A stretch of 64,000 bases of DNA, from contig DASTXC010000082.1 in NCBI GenBank assembly GCA_035765675.1, forward strand, positions 9,851 to 73,850, read 5' to 3'. Position numbers and translations under genes: made by a program. A model generated the notes under the pieces. That model made no database searches, was not told the DNA's origin, and worked only from the letters and a program-made list of their open reading frames with translations. This DNA is from Verrucomicrobiia bacterium (GTDB lineage Bacteria; Verrucomicrobiota; Verrucomicrobiia; Limisphaerales; DASXHY01). This document shows, piece by piece, positions 49,535 through 57,755 of the stretch. Numbering within the stretch: position 1 is the stretch's first letter; the number at the start of each line of letters is the position of its first letter.

Positions 49535-52500
49535 AACAACACACGATCACGAACTCCTTCGGTTATTCAATTGTCATCGGCAAAGTGGAAAGAACGTCAC
49601 TTTGCGGAATGATAACAGGGACTCATGTAATTCGCCCTTCCGCAGTGCGAGTGTTTGCGTTGTTTGTCGGATTTATTTTAACCGCGACGCAGTTGTCCGC
49701 TGATGTGATTCCGGTGACGGACAGCAATGTGTTGAATGGATTGACCCGCAATAATTGGGTTCTGCAAAACGACTTCATCAGCACGAGCGTCGGTGGAGCA
49801 TCGCTTCAAGTGGCCTTTGACGGAACAGATCAGGTCACGCTGCAACTCGACGACGCGCACCTGTCCGGAATCACAGCGTCTCGTTGTCCAATCATCGCGT
49901 GGTCCGTGAACGGCGGCCCGATTCAAACGCATCAACTCACGACGGCGGAAAGTTCGATTGCATTGTGCTCGGATGTTCCGAATCCGGAGATCGATCTGTT
50001 CGTGAAGGGAATGTCGCCGTTTGAAAATCGTTATTCAGGTGACGTGCCGCCGAACTCGGTCAAGATCACCGGGTTTATTGTAGATTCCGGAGGTTCAACT
50101 CGCGAGATCGAGCTGCCGCAAAAAGTCTGGTTGAACATCGGTGATTCAATCATGTCCGGCGACGCCGCGGCGTATGCGACGGGGCAGGGACGTCCGGCTG
50201 ATGACAGTTGGGCAGCTTCGGATGATGCGCGAGCGAGTTACGGTTATCTGCTGGCGAAACACTTTGGTTATCGTGAAGCGCGGCTGGCGTTTGGCGGATA
50301 CGATTGGGGCGGCGGTCTCGCCGGCGTGCCTTCGCTCACCACGTTGATTGATCAGAAAACTTCGACGATCAGCCGCTTGAAAAATGGCTTGTTGGATCCG
50401 GTTCCTGAGGTGGTGTTGATCAATCTCGGTGAAAATGGTGCGCCATCTTCAACCGACGTGACGCAGGCGCTGACGCGATTGCGCAGCCGAGTCAATCCTC
50501 GAACAAAGATTATCGTGATGATTCCCGTCGCGGGAACGGCGCGCGTTCAGATCACGCAGGCGTTCAGCAGTTATACGAATGCCACGCCGGATGCGAATGC
50601 GTTTCTCGTCGATTTGGGATCATTGAACTTTTCAACAGCCGACGGACAACATCCCACGGCTGAAGGGCATCAGACGATTTATCAGGCCGCGCTGCCGGTG
50701 CTGGAATCGATTGTCAATCCCGCGCCGTTCCGGATTTGTGCGATGGGCGATTCCATCACCGCGGGTTTCACGGACAATCCCCAATGGACGGTTCCGTTTG
50801 AGTTTGGTTATCGCAGCGGACTTTACACCCGGCTCACCAACAGCGGCATGAGTTTTCAATTCGTCGGCAGCTCACCGCAACCGTGGGATGGAATCGATGG
50901 AACCGTGACCAACACGCCGTTGGTTGATCTGCGCGAAAGTGATCAGGATCATCACGAAGGCTATACCGGCAAGAACACCGCGTTCTTCCTGGCCAACGTG
51001 GCGAACTGGATTGGCGTGGATCGTCCGCACATTCTTCTGCTGCAAATCGGGATCAATGACATTGGCAAAGGCAGCACCGGCGAGCCGACGGGCGCGGAAC
51101 TGAACCTCAGCAATATCATCGCGACGGTCGTGAGCAACAGTCCGCAGACCCATGTGATTGTCGCGCAGATCACGCCTTACAGCAGCTACACCGAGGCGAT
51201 TGTTCGTTACAACAATTACATTAAAGACACGCTTGTTCCTTACTTCGCCGGGCTCGGAAAACGAGTCACGACCGTGAATCAATACACGAACCTGTGCTTT
51301 CCCGGAACAACCACGATCGATGCGTCGCTGTTTGCGAACGGCATTAATCATCCCAACAACATCGCCTACGATCGCATGGCGCAAACGTGGTTTGAAGGAA
51401 TCCAGGCGCTGAATCTCCCGCCTTCGCCGCCAACGCAACTTCCAATCGTAGTCGCGAACACGCAGCCCGCCACAGCGAAGGTGTTTGTCGGTGAGGGCAT
51501 TTCTTTCAATGCCGCTTTCGAAAGCGATCAGCCGATGGTTTATCAATGGCACAGGATTCAAGGCGGAGTGACGAATGCCATTCCGGGCGCGACGAATTCA
51601 ATTCTGACGCTGATGAATCTGCAAACGACGGATAACGGTTCGTACTTTTTGCAGGCGTCGAATGCATTGGGCATTGCGTCCAGCGCGTCGAGTTCGTTGA
51701 CGGTTTCCGATCTTCCAGCGGCGGCGGATAATATCATCACCGCCATCGCGGAGCAGACCGGCCGCGGCATTGGCGTGTTCACGCCGGGATGGATTTTCAC
51801 CACGAACCACAGCCTTATCGCGGGCAAAGCGCCGAGCAGTGCGATTGGAAATTTCAGTCTCGAAGCGCCAGGAAGAAATGTGAATCTGCTGACCTCCGAT
51901 GACGATGGCGCGTTGTCCGTGATTGTCAGCACTTCGGGCGCGACGAGCAGCACGAATTACGTCACGTGTGGAAACGGCAGCGGAGCGGGTTCATCCGTGA
52001 CCTACACGCTGACGGGTTCAACCTACGGATACGATCTGACCAACGTCACGGTGTCTGGCGGCTGGGCGGACAACGGCCGCGATCAGCAGGCTTATACGGT
52101 TTTTTATTCCACGGTGATGGACCCGCAGAATTTCCTTCCGCTGACGACGGTGAACTTCAATCCGGAAGTCGGCAGCGGTCGCCAATCAGCAACACGCGTT
52201 GCAATTCTGCCTGCGACCGGAACGCTGGCGACGAATGTGGCCATGGTGAAATTCGATTTCAGCAGTCCGGCGTCGGAACATGGTTATTGCGGATACAACA
52301 AAATCATCATTGAAGGTTCTGCCGGTGCGCCGGTGACGATTGTGACGAATCCGCCGCTGCCGGTGATGATTGAATCTTCGCAATTTGGCCCGAGTTCCAG
52401 CGCATTTGATGGAGCGATTGCGTCGAACCTGATTCGCGCTGGTCAAAGCTCACTGGCCGGCGTCGTCGTCAGTCACGGTCCTTCCATTTCATCTTTATTC

Positions 52501-53115
52501 ACCACGGCCGGTTTGAATGATGGCAGCGCGGCCAACAACAACAATCGAACGTATTACGGCAATTCCGATCCATCAGGCGGAAATCTGCCGGTGACGATCA
52601 CTTTCAATCTGAACACCAACAGTGCGAGCGGATACGACATCACGCGCATTCAGTCGATCACAGGTTGGTCGGATTCGAATCTGGCGAATCTGCGTTATGA
52701 GCTTCTGTTGTCGTTCAAAGGCGGACCGTTTGTCAGTTATGGAGAATTCAGCAGCGCAACCAATTCGACGGCGTTCAACAATGGAAACAACGCAATCCTG
52801 CAAACTTTGACCAGCGACACGGGTTCGATCGCGCGGGGCGTTACTGCCGTGCGATTTATTTTCTCGAATCCTGGCGGTTCGCAAGGCGGTTCGGGAGGCA
52901 CGTTGATTCGTGAGCTTCAGGTTTTCGGAACGCCGGTGGTCGGGTTGTCTTTTCAAAAGGCGGGCGACAATCTTCTACAATTAAGCTGGCCGCAGGGGAT
53001 TCTGCTGGAGGCGACGAATATTACTGGCCCGTGGATCACCAATGCCAGCGCGACTTCGCCTTACACGAACGACCTTGATGCGCCGGAGAAATATTTCCGC
53101 GTGCAGATTCAGTGA
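49531..53115 (+). CDS. secreted protein F: beta-sandwich + SGNH esterase, second SGNH domain, Ig-like domain, two module copies, C-terminal YFRV domain
   Basis: The ATG at 49531 overlaps the upstream stop (ATGA). An internal ATG at 49609 gives a better-placed signal peptide (MITGTHVIRPSAVRVFALFVGFILTATQLSA). SGNH-1 at ~50125-50709 (NIGDSIMSGD..LINLGENG..DGQHPTAEGH). SGNH-2 at ~50728-51408 (CAMGDSITAGF..LLLQIGINDIG..INHPNNIAYDRMA). Confidence 0.85.
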   Translation: MKQHTITNSFGYSIVIGKVERTSLCGMITGTHVIRPSAVRVFALFVGFILTATQLSADVIPVTDSNVLNGLTRNNWVLQNDFISTSVGGASLQVAFDGTDQVTLQLDDAHLSGITASRCPIIAWSVNGGPIQTHQLTTAESSIALCSDVPNPEIDLFVKGMSPFENRYSGDVPPNSVKITGFIVDSGGSTREIELPQKVWLNIGDSIMSGDAAAYATGQGRPADDSWAASDDARASYGYLLAKHFGYREARLAFGGYDWGGGLAGVPSLTTLIDQKTSTISRLKNGLLDPVPEVVLINLGENGAPSSTDVTQALTRLRSRVNPRTKIIVMIPVAGTARVQITQAFSSYTNATPDANAFLVDLGSLNFSTADGQHPTAEGHQTIYQAALPVLESIVNPAPFRICAMGDSITAGFTDNPQWTVPFEFGYRSGLYTRLTNSGMSFQFVGSSPQPWDGIDGTVTNTPLVDLRESDQDHHEGYTGKNTAFFLANVANWIGVDRPHILLLQIGINDIGKGSTGEPTGAELNLSNIIATVVSNSPQTHVIVAQITPYSSYTEAIVRYNNYIKDTLVPYFAGLGKRVTTVNQYTNLCFPGTTTIDASLFANGINHPNNIAYDRMAQTWFEGIQALNLPPSPPTQLPIVVANTQPATAKVFVGEGISFNAAFESDQPMVYQWHRIQGGVTNAIPGATNSILTLMNLQTTDNGSYFLQASNALGIASSASSSLTVSDLPAAADNIITAIAEQTGRGIGVFTPGWIFTTNHSLIAGKAPSSAIGNFSLEAPGRNVNLLTSDDDGALSVIVSTSGATSSTNYVTCGNGSGAGSSVTYTLTGSTYGYDLTNVTVSGGWADNGRDQQAYTVFYSTVMDPQNFLPLTTVNFNPEVGSGRQSATRVAILPATGTLATNVAMVKFDFSSPASEHGYCGYNKIIIEGSAGAPVTIVTNPPLPVMIESSQFGPSSSAFDGAIASNLIRAGQSSLAGVVVSHGPSISSLFTTAGLNDGSAANNNNRTYYGNSDPSGGNLPVTITFNLNTNSASGYDITRIQSITGWSDSNLANLRYELLLSFKGGPFVSYGEFSSATNSTAFNNGNNAILQTLTSDTGSIARGVTAVRFIFSNPGGSQGGSGGTLIRELQVFGTPVVGLSFQKAGDNLLQLSWPQGILLEATNITGPWITNASATSPYTNDLDAPEKYFRVQIQ
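51730..52317 (+). repeat. unassigned module, copy F1 (subtype Ia)
   Basis: [121 protein letters not shown]. Confidence 0.8.
52363..52929 (+). repeat. divergent discoidin-like module, copy F2 (subtype III)
   Basis: ..LNDGSAANNNNRTYYG..LPVTITFNLNTNSASGYDITRIQSITGWSDSNLANLRYELLLSFKGGPFVSYGEF..GVTAVRFIFSNPGG..GTLIRELQVFG. The strand order matches the other modules, and the ending is typical of F5/8 type C domains. Confidence 0.6.
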
Positions 53116-53139
53116 TTCCTCAGAGCTCGATTATTTCCG

Positions 53140-56100
53140 ATGAAAAATAAAAAAATCCTGTTTGCAGTGTGTTTGTGTCTGTCGGTTGGAATCGGCGTGT
53201 CGTGGTTGCGCCAATCGAAAAGTCGATCAGCCGAACATTCGGCTGCTGTGACTGCGGGGACGAATGCGACGGCGATCATGACCAACGCATTTGCAAATAC
53301 CGCGCCCGTTCCGTCCGCGATTGGCAACACGCAAGGAGTTGTTTCGTCCGAGATGAATCCCTCAATCAATCCGTATGCCGCCGGACTGCGTGAGCCAGGA
53401 AAAGCCAAGCGCGAATGGGATGAGCGTTTCATCGAGAGTTTTCGATCTTCGAATCCCGGTAATGCCGTGCGATTTGAACTGACGGGCGGCGTGGTCGCGA
53501 AAGGCGTTGTGAAAATTATTCAGCGCGACGGCGCGAACGTGAGCTTTGTGTCCGGTGAATTGAGCGAGCCAGAAATCGGCAAATTCTTTTTTCTGACTCC
53601 ACCGGCCGGCGGCAAAGCGGGCAAGGCCGTTGGCGTTGTGGAGTTCCCCGGCAGTCAAATTGCCTATCGCGTGGAACCGACGGGCTCAGGCGGCGAACCG
53701 GAATTGTGGGAGCGGCGGATGGATGAAGTTCTTTGCCTGAGCATGCCGGAAATCAGTGATCCGGTTATGGCCGCCGCCGCGACGAATGAGACCTTGAACA
53801 TTCCACCGCTGCGACCCGATCTCGTGCCCGATTACGTTCCGAGTTACAACAGCAACATTGTTTCGCTTCAGAGTTATCCCGGCTCCTCCGCAGTGCTGCT
53901 GCTGGATTTCTTTGGCGGTTATACCGTTCATTGGGGCGGCGTTGAATACGCGCGTCCGCCGGTAAGCAATGAAACGATCAAGGATATCTGGAAACGCGTC
54001 GCCGAAGACTACATGCCGTTCAACATCAACGTGACCACGGACATCAAGGTTTACCAGGCAGCGCCTGCCGCGAGCCGGCAACGTTGCTGTTACACGACCA
54101 CGCCGGTGACGGCAGCGGGTGTCGCGTATTTTGGCTCGTGGAACTGGGGCAACGATGCGGTGTGCTGGTCGGTTTATTATGTTGGAAAAAATGCGGCGGA
54201 AGTTGGCTCGCATGAAGTTGGACACACGTTGGGATTATCGCACGACGGACGCACAACGCCGGTGGAGGAATATTTTGGCGGGCACGGAAGCGGTGACACA
54301 GGCTGGGCGCCGATCATGGGCGTGGGATATTATCAACCCGTCGCGCAATGGAGCAAAGGTGAATACGCTTCGGCCAATCAACTTCAGGACGATCTCAACA
54401 TCATCACGAGCAACAACAACAATGTGGGTTATCGCGCTGATGACACGGGCAACACACTCGCGACGGCGCGTTATCTCGAAATCTATTCCAACAACACGGC
54501 GTCCGCGGAAGGCGTGATCGAACGCACGGCTGATACGGATGCGTTTCAATTCACGACCAGCGGCGGAATCGTGACGCTCACGGCCAAGCCGGTTGGCGAC
54601 TGGGCTGATCTCGCAGTTTCGGCTACGCTGGCAAACGCGGCGGATACCGTCATTGCGAGCAACAATCCGCAGTCCACTCTTTCGGCGAGCATCACCACCA
54701 ATCTCGCGGCCGGTTCCTACACGTTTCGGGTCACGGGCGCTGGACGGAACAATCCCTTGAACAACGGTTTTTCCAGCTACGCGAGCCTCGGATATTATTC
54801 CGTCACCGGCAGTGTAGCAGGCGCGCGATTGCCGACGCGGCTCAGCGTTGTCGAGCACGCGCCGAACAATTCTGAGGTTGGGGCCGTCCCAGCCATCAAT
54901 CCCAACAGCAGCCCGCTGCTCTATACGATCACGTCCGGCAATTCAGGCGGGACGTTTTCCGTGGACGACTCCGGCGTGGTGCGCGTGGCGGACAACACTT
55001 TGCTGGATTATTCGCGGCTGGCGACCAACACGATGTATGCGGTGCAATTCGAAGTGTTCATGAACATTACCAACGTGAACAATCCGGCATTGACTGAGCT
55101 GAATCGCCGCGTGGTGATTGCGGTGGAAAAATTCTATCCGGTCGTGCCGATGTTGTTAACCGCCACGGCAGGCACAGGTTTGCGAATCAATTTAAACTGG
55201 ATGGGAGCGCAGGACGCGATCAGTTACAACGTGAAACGTTCTACCCTTCACAATGGGCCGTACACGGTTATCGCGAGTCCGACCGACACGAGTTACAGCG
55301 ACCTCGGACTCACCGATGGCGTGAGATATTACTACGTCGTTTCAGCGGTGAACACGAACGGCGAAAGCGCGGATTCGTCGGAAGCGAACGCGCTGGCGCA
55401 ATCTGTGGCAGGTTATGGATTTGAAACGCCGAGCATTGGCTCCGGCAACCATCAGTACAATCCGTCCGGCGGATTCTGGACATTTAATGGCGCGTCCGGA
55501 AATGGTTCGGGAATCGTGGCGAACGGCAGCGCGTTTTCAAATCCGAATGCGCCCGAAGGAAGTCAGGCTGCGTTCGTGCAAAGCTATGGAACCATTTCCC
55601 AGACGCTCTCGGGTTTCACTCCGGGTGTGAACTACACCATTACGTATTCTGCCGCGCAACGGTCCGGTCAGGATCAACACGGCGGCGAATCGTGGAATGT
55701 GGTCGTTGATGGAAACGTGATCAAAAGCAATAACCCCGGTCCGACAAGTTACACGACTTACAATGCGACATTCATCGCCACTGCAACAACACATGCTCTG
55801 GCGTTTGTTGGAACCGATCTGGCCGGCGGTGACAACACGGTTTTCATCGACAATGTGCGCTTCGATCCGCCTTTGCAGCCGGCGCCGGCGACCGTTGCTT
55901 TGACTCAGCCGGCGAACGGAGCCGGTTTCGCGGAGACTGCGCCGATTTATTTGATGGCGACGGTCACGACGAACGGAAATCAAATCGACGGAGTGGAGTT
56001 TTACCTGGATAACATCACGCGTCTGGGCGAAATCACCACCGCACCTTTCAAGTTCGCAATGGCGAATGTGACTCCCGGAAAACACACCGTCTTCGCTCGC

Positions 56101-57750
56101 GTGCTGTTCAACAATGGAAGCGTCGCAGATTCAGCGCCGGTTGACTTTTTCATCATCAGTCCGAACCCAAATCTCAGTTTTGAACTGCCGGCAATTGGAT
56201 CGGGAAATCATGTTTATGGACCTGAAGGGGGAACGTGGATTTTCAACAGCAACAGCGGCGACAATGGTTCGGGAATCGTTGCGAATGGCAGCGCGTTTGG
56301 AAATCCAAACGCGCCGAACGGCACGCAGACGGCGTTTGTTCAAAGCCATGGAAAAATCACTCAGACACTGACCGGCTTTGCGCCCGGCACGAATTACACC
56401 CTCACGTATTCCGCGGCGCAGCGCGGGGGAGGGAATCAACACGGTGGCGAATCCTGGAATGTGATGGTTGATGACGCGGTGATTAAATCCAACACTCCGG
56501 GTCCGACGAGTTACACCACTTACACCGCCAACTTCACCGCGTCGCTGGCGACTCACACTTTGTCGTTTGTCGGAACCGATCTCGCCGGTGGCGACAACAC
56601 GGTGTTCATCGACAACGTGCAGTTCAATCCACCGCTGACGCCGATTCTGATTCCCGAGTTGCGAACGAACACGCTGCCGGTGACGGCGGCGGAGGTTGTC
56701 GGCGGGGAAGTGAAATTTATGGCCGCTTTCAACAGCGCCAATCCCATTCAATATCAATGGCAGAAAATCGTGGACGGTGTTGCGACCGATATCGTGGACG
56801 CGACGAATACCGTTTTGACGCTGACAGATTTGCAACTCAGCGATGCGGGATTGTATCGGCTCCAGGCTTCCAACGCGTTGGGTATTGCCGTGAGTGCTGC
56901 AAGTTCGCTTACAGTTTCCGGCGTGCCAGCGCCAGTTAACAATGTGATCACTTCGTTTGCCGCACAGACGGGGCTTGGAAGCGTGGCTACCAACTTCACT
57001 CCGACCTGGACTCTGGGCTCGGGAAGTTTGATTCAGGGGAAAACGCCGAGCCAGGTGGGCGGCGGCAATTTCACTCGAAGCACCGCTTTATTGACTGATG
57101 GCAGTTTTGGTTGGTTTACCTATTGGCCAAATGTCGGGCTGAGTTCGACTGAAGTGACCTGCGGCACGAGTGCCGGTCAATCAGTCACTTACGCACTCGG
57201 CAATTCCAGCAGCGGCTACAGTATTTCCAACATTGTGATTTATGGAGGCTGGGGTGATGCCGGACGCGATCAACAGGCGTTCACGGTTTCGTATTCCACG
57301 ATCAGTGCGCCGGATCTTTTCGTCCCGCTTGCGAATGTAAATTTCAATCCGGAAAATCCCAGGGCTGTTCAGTCGGCGACGCGTTCAAGTTTGAGATCAT
57401 CGACTGGCGCTCCGCTCGCCACGAATGTTGCGAAGTTGAAATTTGATTTCACCACGCCCGAACCGGAGAATGGCTACTGTGGTTACTCGGAAATTTCCGT
57501 TTTAGGAACGCCGACGCCGATGATTGCGACGACTCCGACCCATATCGCCGTGCAATTCAACAAAGACGTTTTGAATCTAAGCTGGCCCAGCGATCACATC
57601 GGCTGGCGATTGCAGGTGCAGACGAATGATTGGAATTCGGGACTTGGAACAAACTGGGTGGATGTCATCGGATCGACGGCGACGAATCAGATGAATGTTC
57701 CAATCAACACCGTGAACGGCAGCGTCTTCTTCCGATTGGTCTATCCATAA
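53140..57750 (+). CDS. secreted protein G: metzincin-type zinc metalloprotease, PPC-like, cadherin-like, FN3, 2x DUF642/CBM-like, Ig-like domains, unassigned module, C-terminal FFRL domain
   Basis: Signal MKNKKILFAVCLCLSVGIGVSWL. Zinc site HEVGHTLGLSHDG (54211-54243) with the downstream Met-turn candidate WAPIMGVGY. DTDAFQFTTSGGIVTLTAKP (pre-peptidase C-terminal-like). FN3 (ISYNVKRSTLHNGPYTVIA..GVRYYYVVSAVNTNGES). Two ~153-aa repeats at 55411-55869 and 56170-56631. Confidence 0.85.
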   Translation: MKNKKILFAVCLCLSVGIGVSWLRQSKSRSAEHSAAVTAGTNATAIMTNAFANTAPVPSAIGNTQGVVSSEMNPSINPYAAGLREPGKAKREWDERFIESFRSSNPGNAVRFELTGGVVAKGVVKIIQRDGANVSFVSGELSEPEIGKFFFLTPPAGGKAGKAVGVVEFPGSQIAYRVEPTGSGGEPELWERRMDEVLCLSMPEISDPVMAAAATNETLNIPPLRPDLVPDYVPSYNSNIVSLQSYPGSSAVLLLDFFGGYTVHWGGVEYARPPVSNETIKDIWKRVAEDYMPFNINVTTDIKVYQAAPAASRQRCCYTTTPVTAAGVAYFGSWNWGNDAVCWSVYYVGKNAAEVGSHEVGHTLGLSHDGRTTPVEEYFGGHGSGDTGWAPIMGVGYYQPVAQWSKGEYASANQLQDDLNIITSNNNNVGYRADDTGNTLATARYLEIYSNNTASAEGVIERTADTDAFQFTTSGGIVTLTAKPVGDWADLAVSATLANAADTVIASNNPQSTLSASITTNLAAGSYTFRVTGAGRNNPLNNGFSSYASLGYYSVTGSVAGARLPTRLSVVEHAPNNSEVGAVPAINPNSSPLLYTITSGNSGGTFSVDDSGVVRVADNTLLDYSRLATNTMYAVQFEVFMNITNVNNPALTELNRRVVIAVEKFYPVVPMLLTATAGTGLRINLNWMGAQDAISYNVKRSTLHNGPYTVIASPTDTSYSDLGLTDGVRYYYVVSAVNTNGESADSSEANALAQSVAGYGFETPSIGSGNHQYNPSGGFWTFNGASGNGSGIVANGSAFSNPNAPEGSQAAFVQSYGTISQTLSGFTPGVNYTITYSAAQRSGQDQHGGESWNVVVDGNVIKSNNPGPTSYTTYNATFIATATTHALAFVGTDLAGGDNTVFIDNVRFDPPLQPAPATVALTQPANGAGFAETAPIYLMATVTTNGNQIDGVEFYLDNITRLGEITTAPFKFAMANVTPGKHTVFARVLFNNGSVADSAPVDFFIISPNPNLSFELPAIGSGNHVYGPEGGTWIFNSNSGDNGSGIVANGSAFGNPNAPNGTQTAFVQSHGKITQTLTGFAPGTNYTLTYSAAQRGGGNQHGGESWNVMVDDAVIKSNTPGPTSYTTYTANFTASLATHTLSFVGTDLAGGDNTVFIDNVQFNPPLTPILIPELRTNTLPVTAAEVVGGEVKFMAAFNSANPIQYQWQKIVDGVATDIVDATNTVLTLTDLQLSDAGLYRLQASNALGIAVSAASSLTVSGVPAPVNNVITSFAAQTGLGSVATNFTPTWTLGSGSLIQGKTPSQVGGGNFTRSTALLTDGSFGWFTYWPNVGLSSTEVTCGTSAGQSVTYALGNSSSGYSISNIVIYGGWGDAGRDQQAFTVSYSTISAPDLFVPLANVNFNPENPRAVQSATRSSLRSSTGAPLATNVAKLKFDFTTPEPENGYCGYSEISVLGTPTPMIATTPTHIAVQFNKDVLNLSWPSDHIGWRLQVQTNDWNSGLGTNWVDVIGSTATNQMNVPINTVNGSVFFRLVYP
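56941..57507 (+). repeat. unassigned module, copy G (subtype Ib)
   Basis: [129 protein letters not shown]. Confidence 0.8.
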
Positions 57751-57755
57751 ATTTT

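Noticed and set aside
29552-57750. The periodic repetition in the giant genes, considered as a possible CRISPR array or DNA tandem repeat
   Set aside because: The repetition exists only at protein level. Units are ~550-650 nt, lie in frame inside long ORFs, and are strongly diverged at the nucleotide level. I saw no short direct repeats with unique spacers anywhere in the window.
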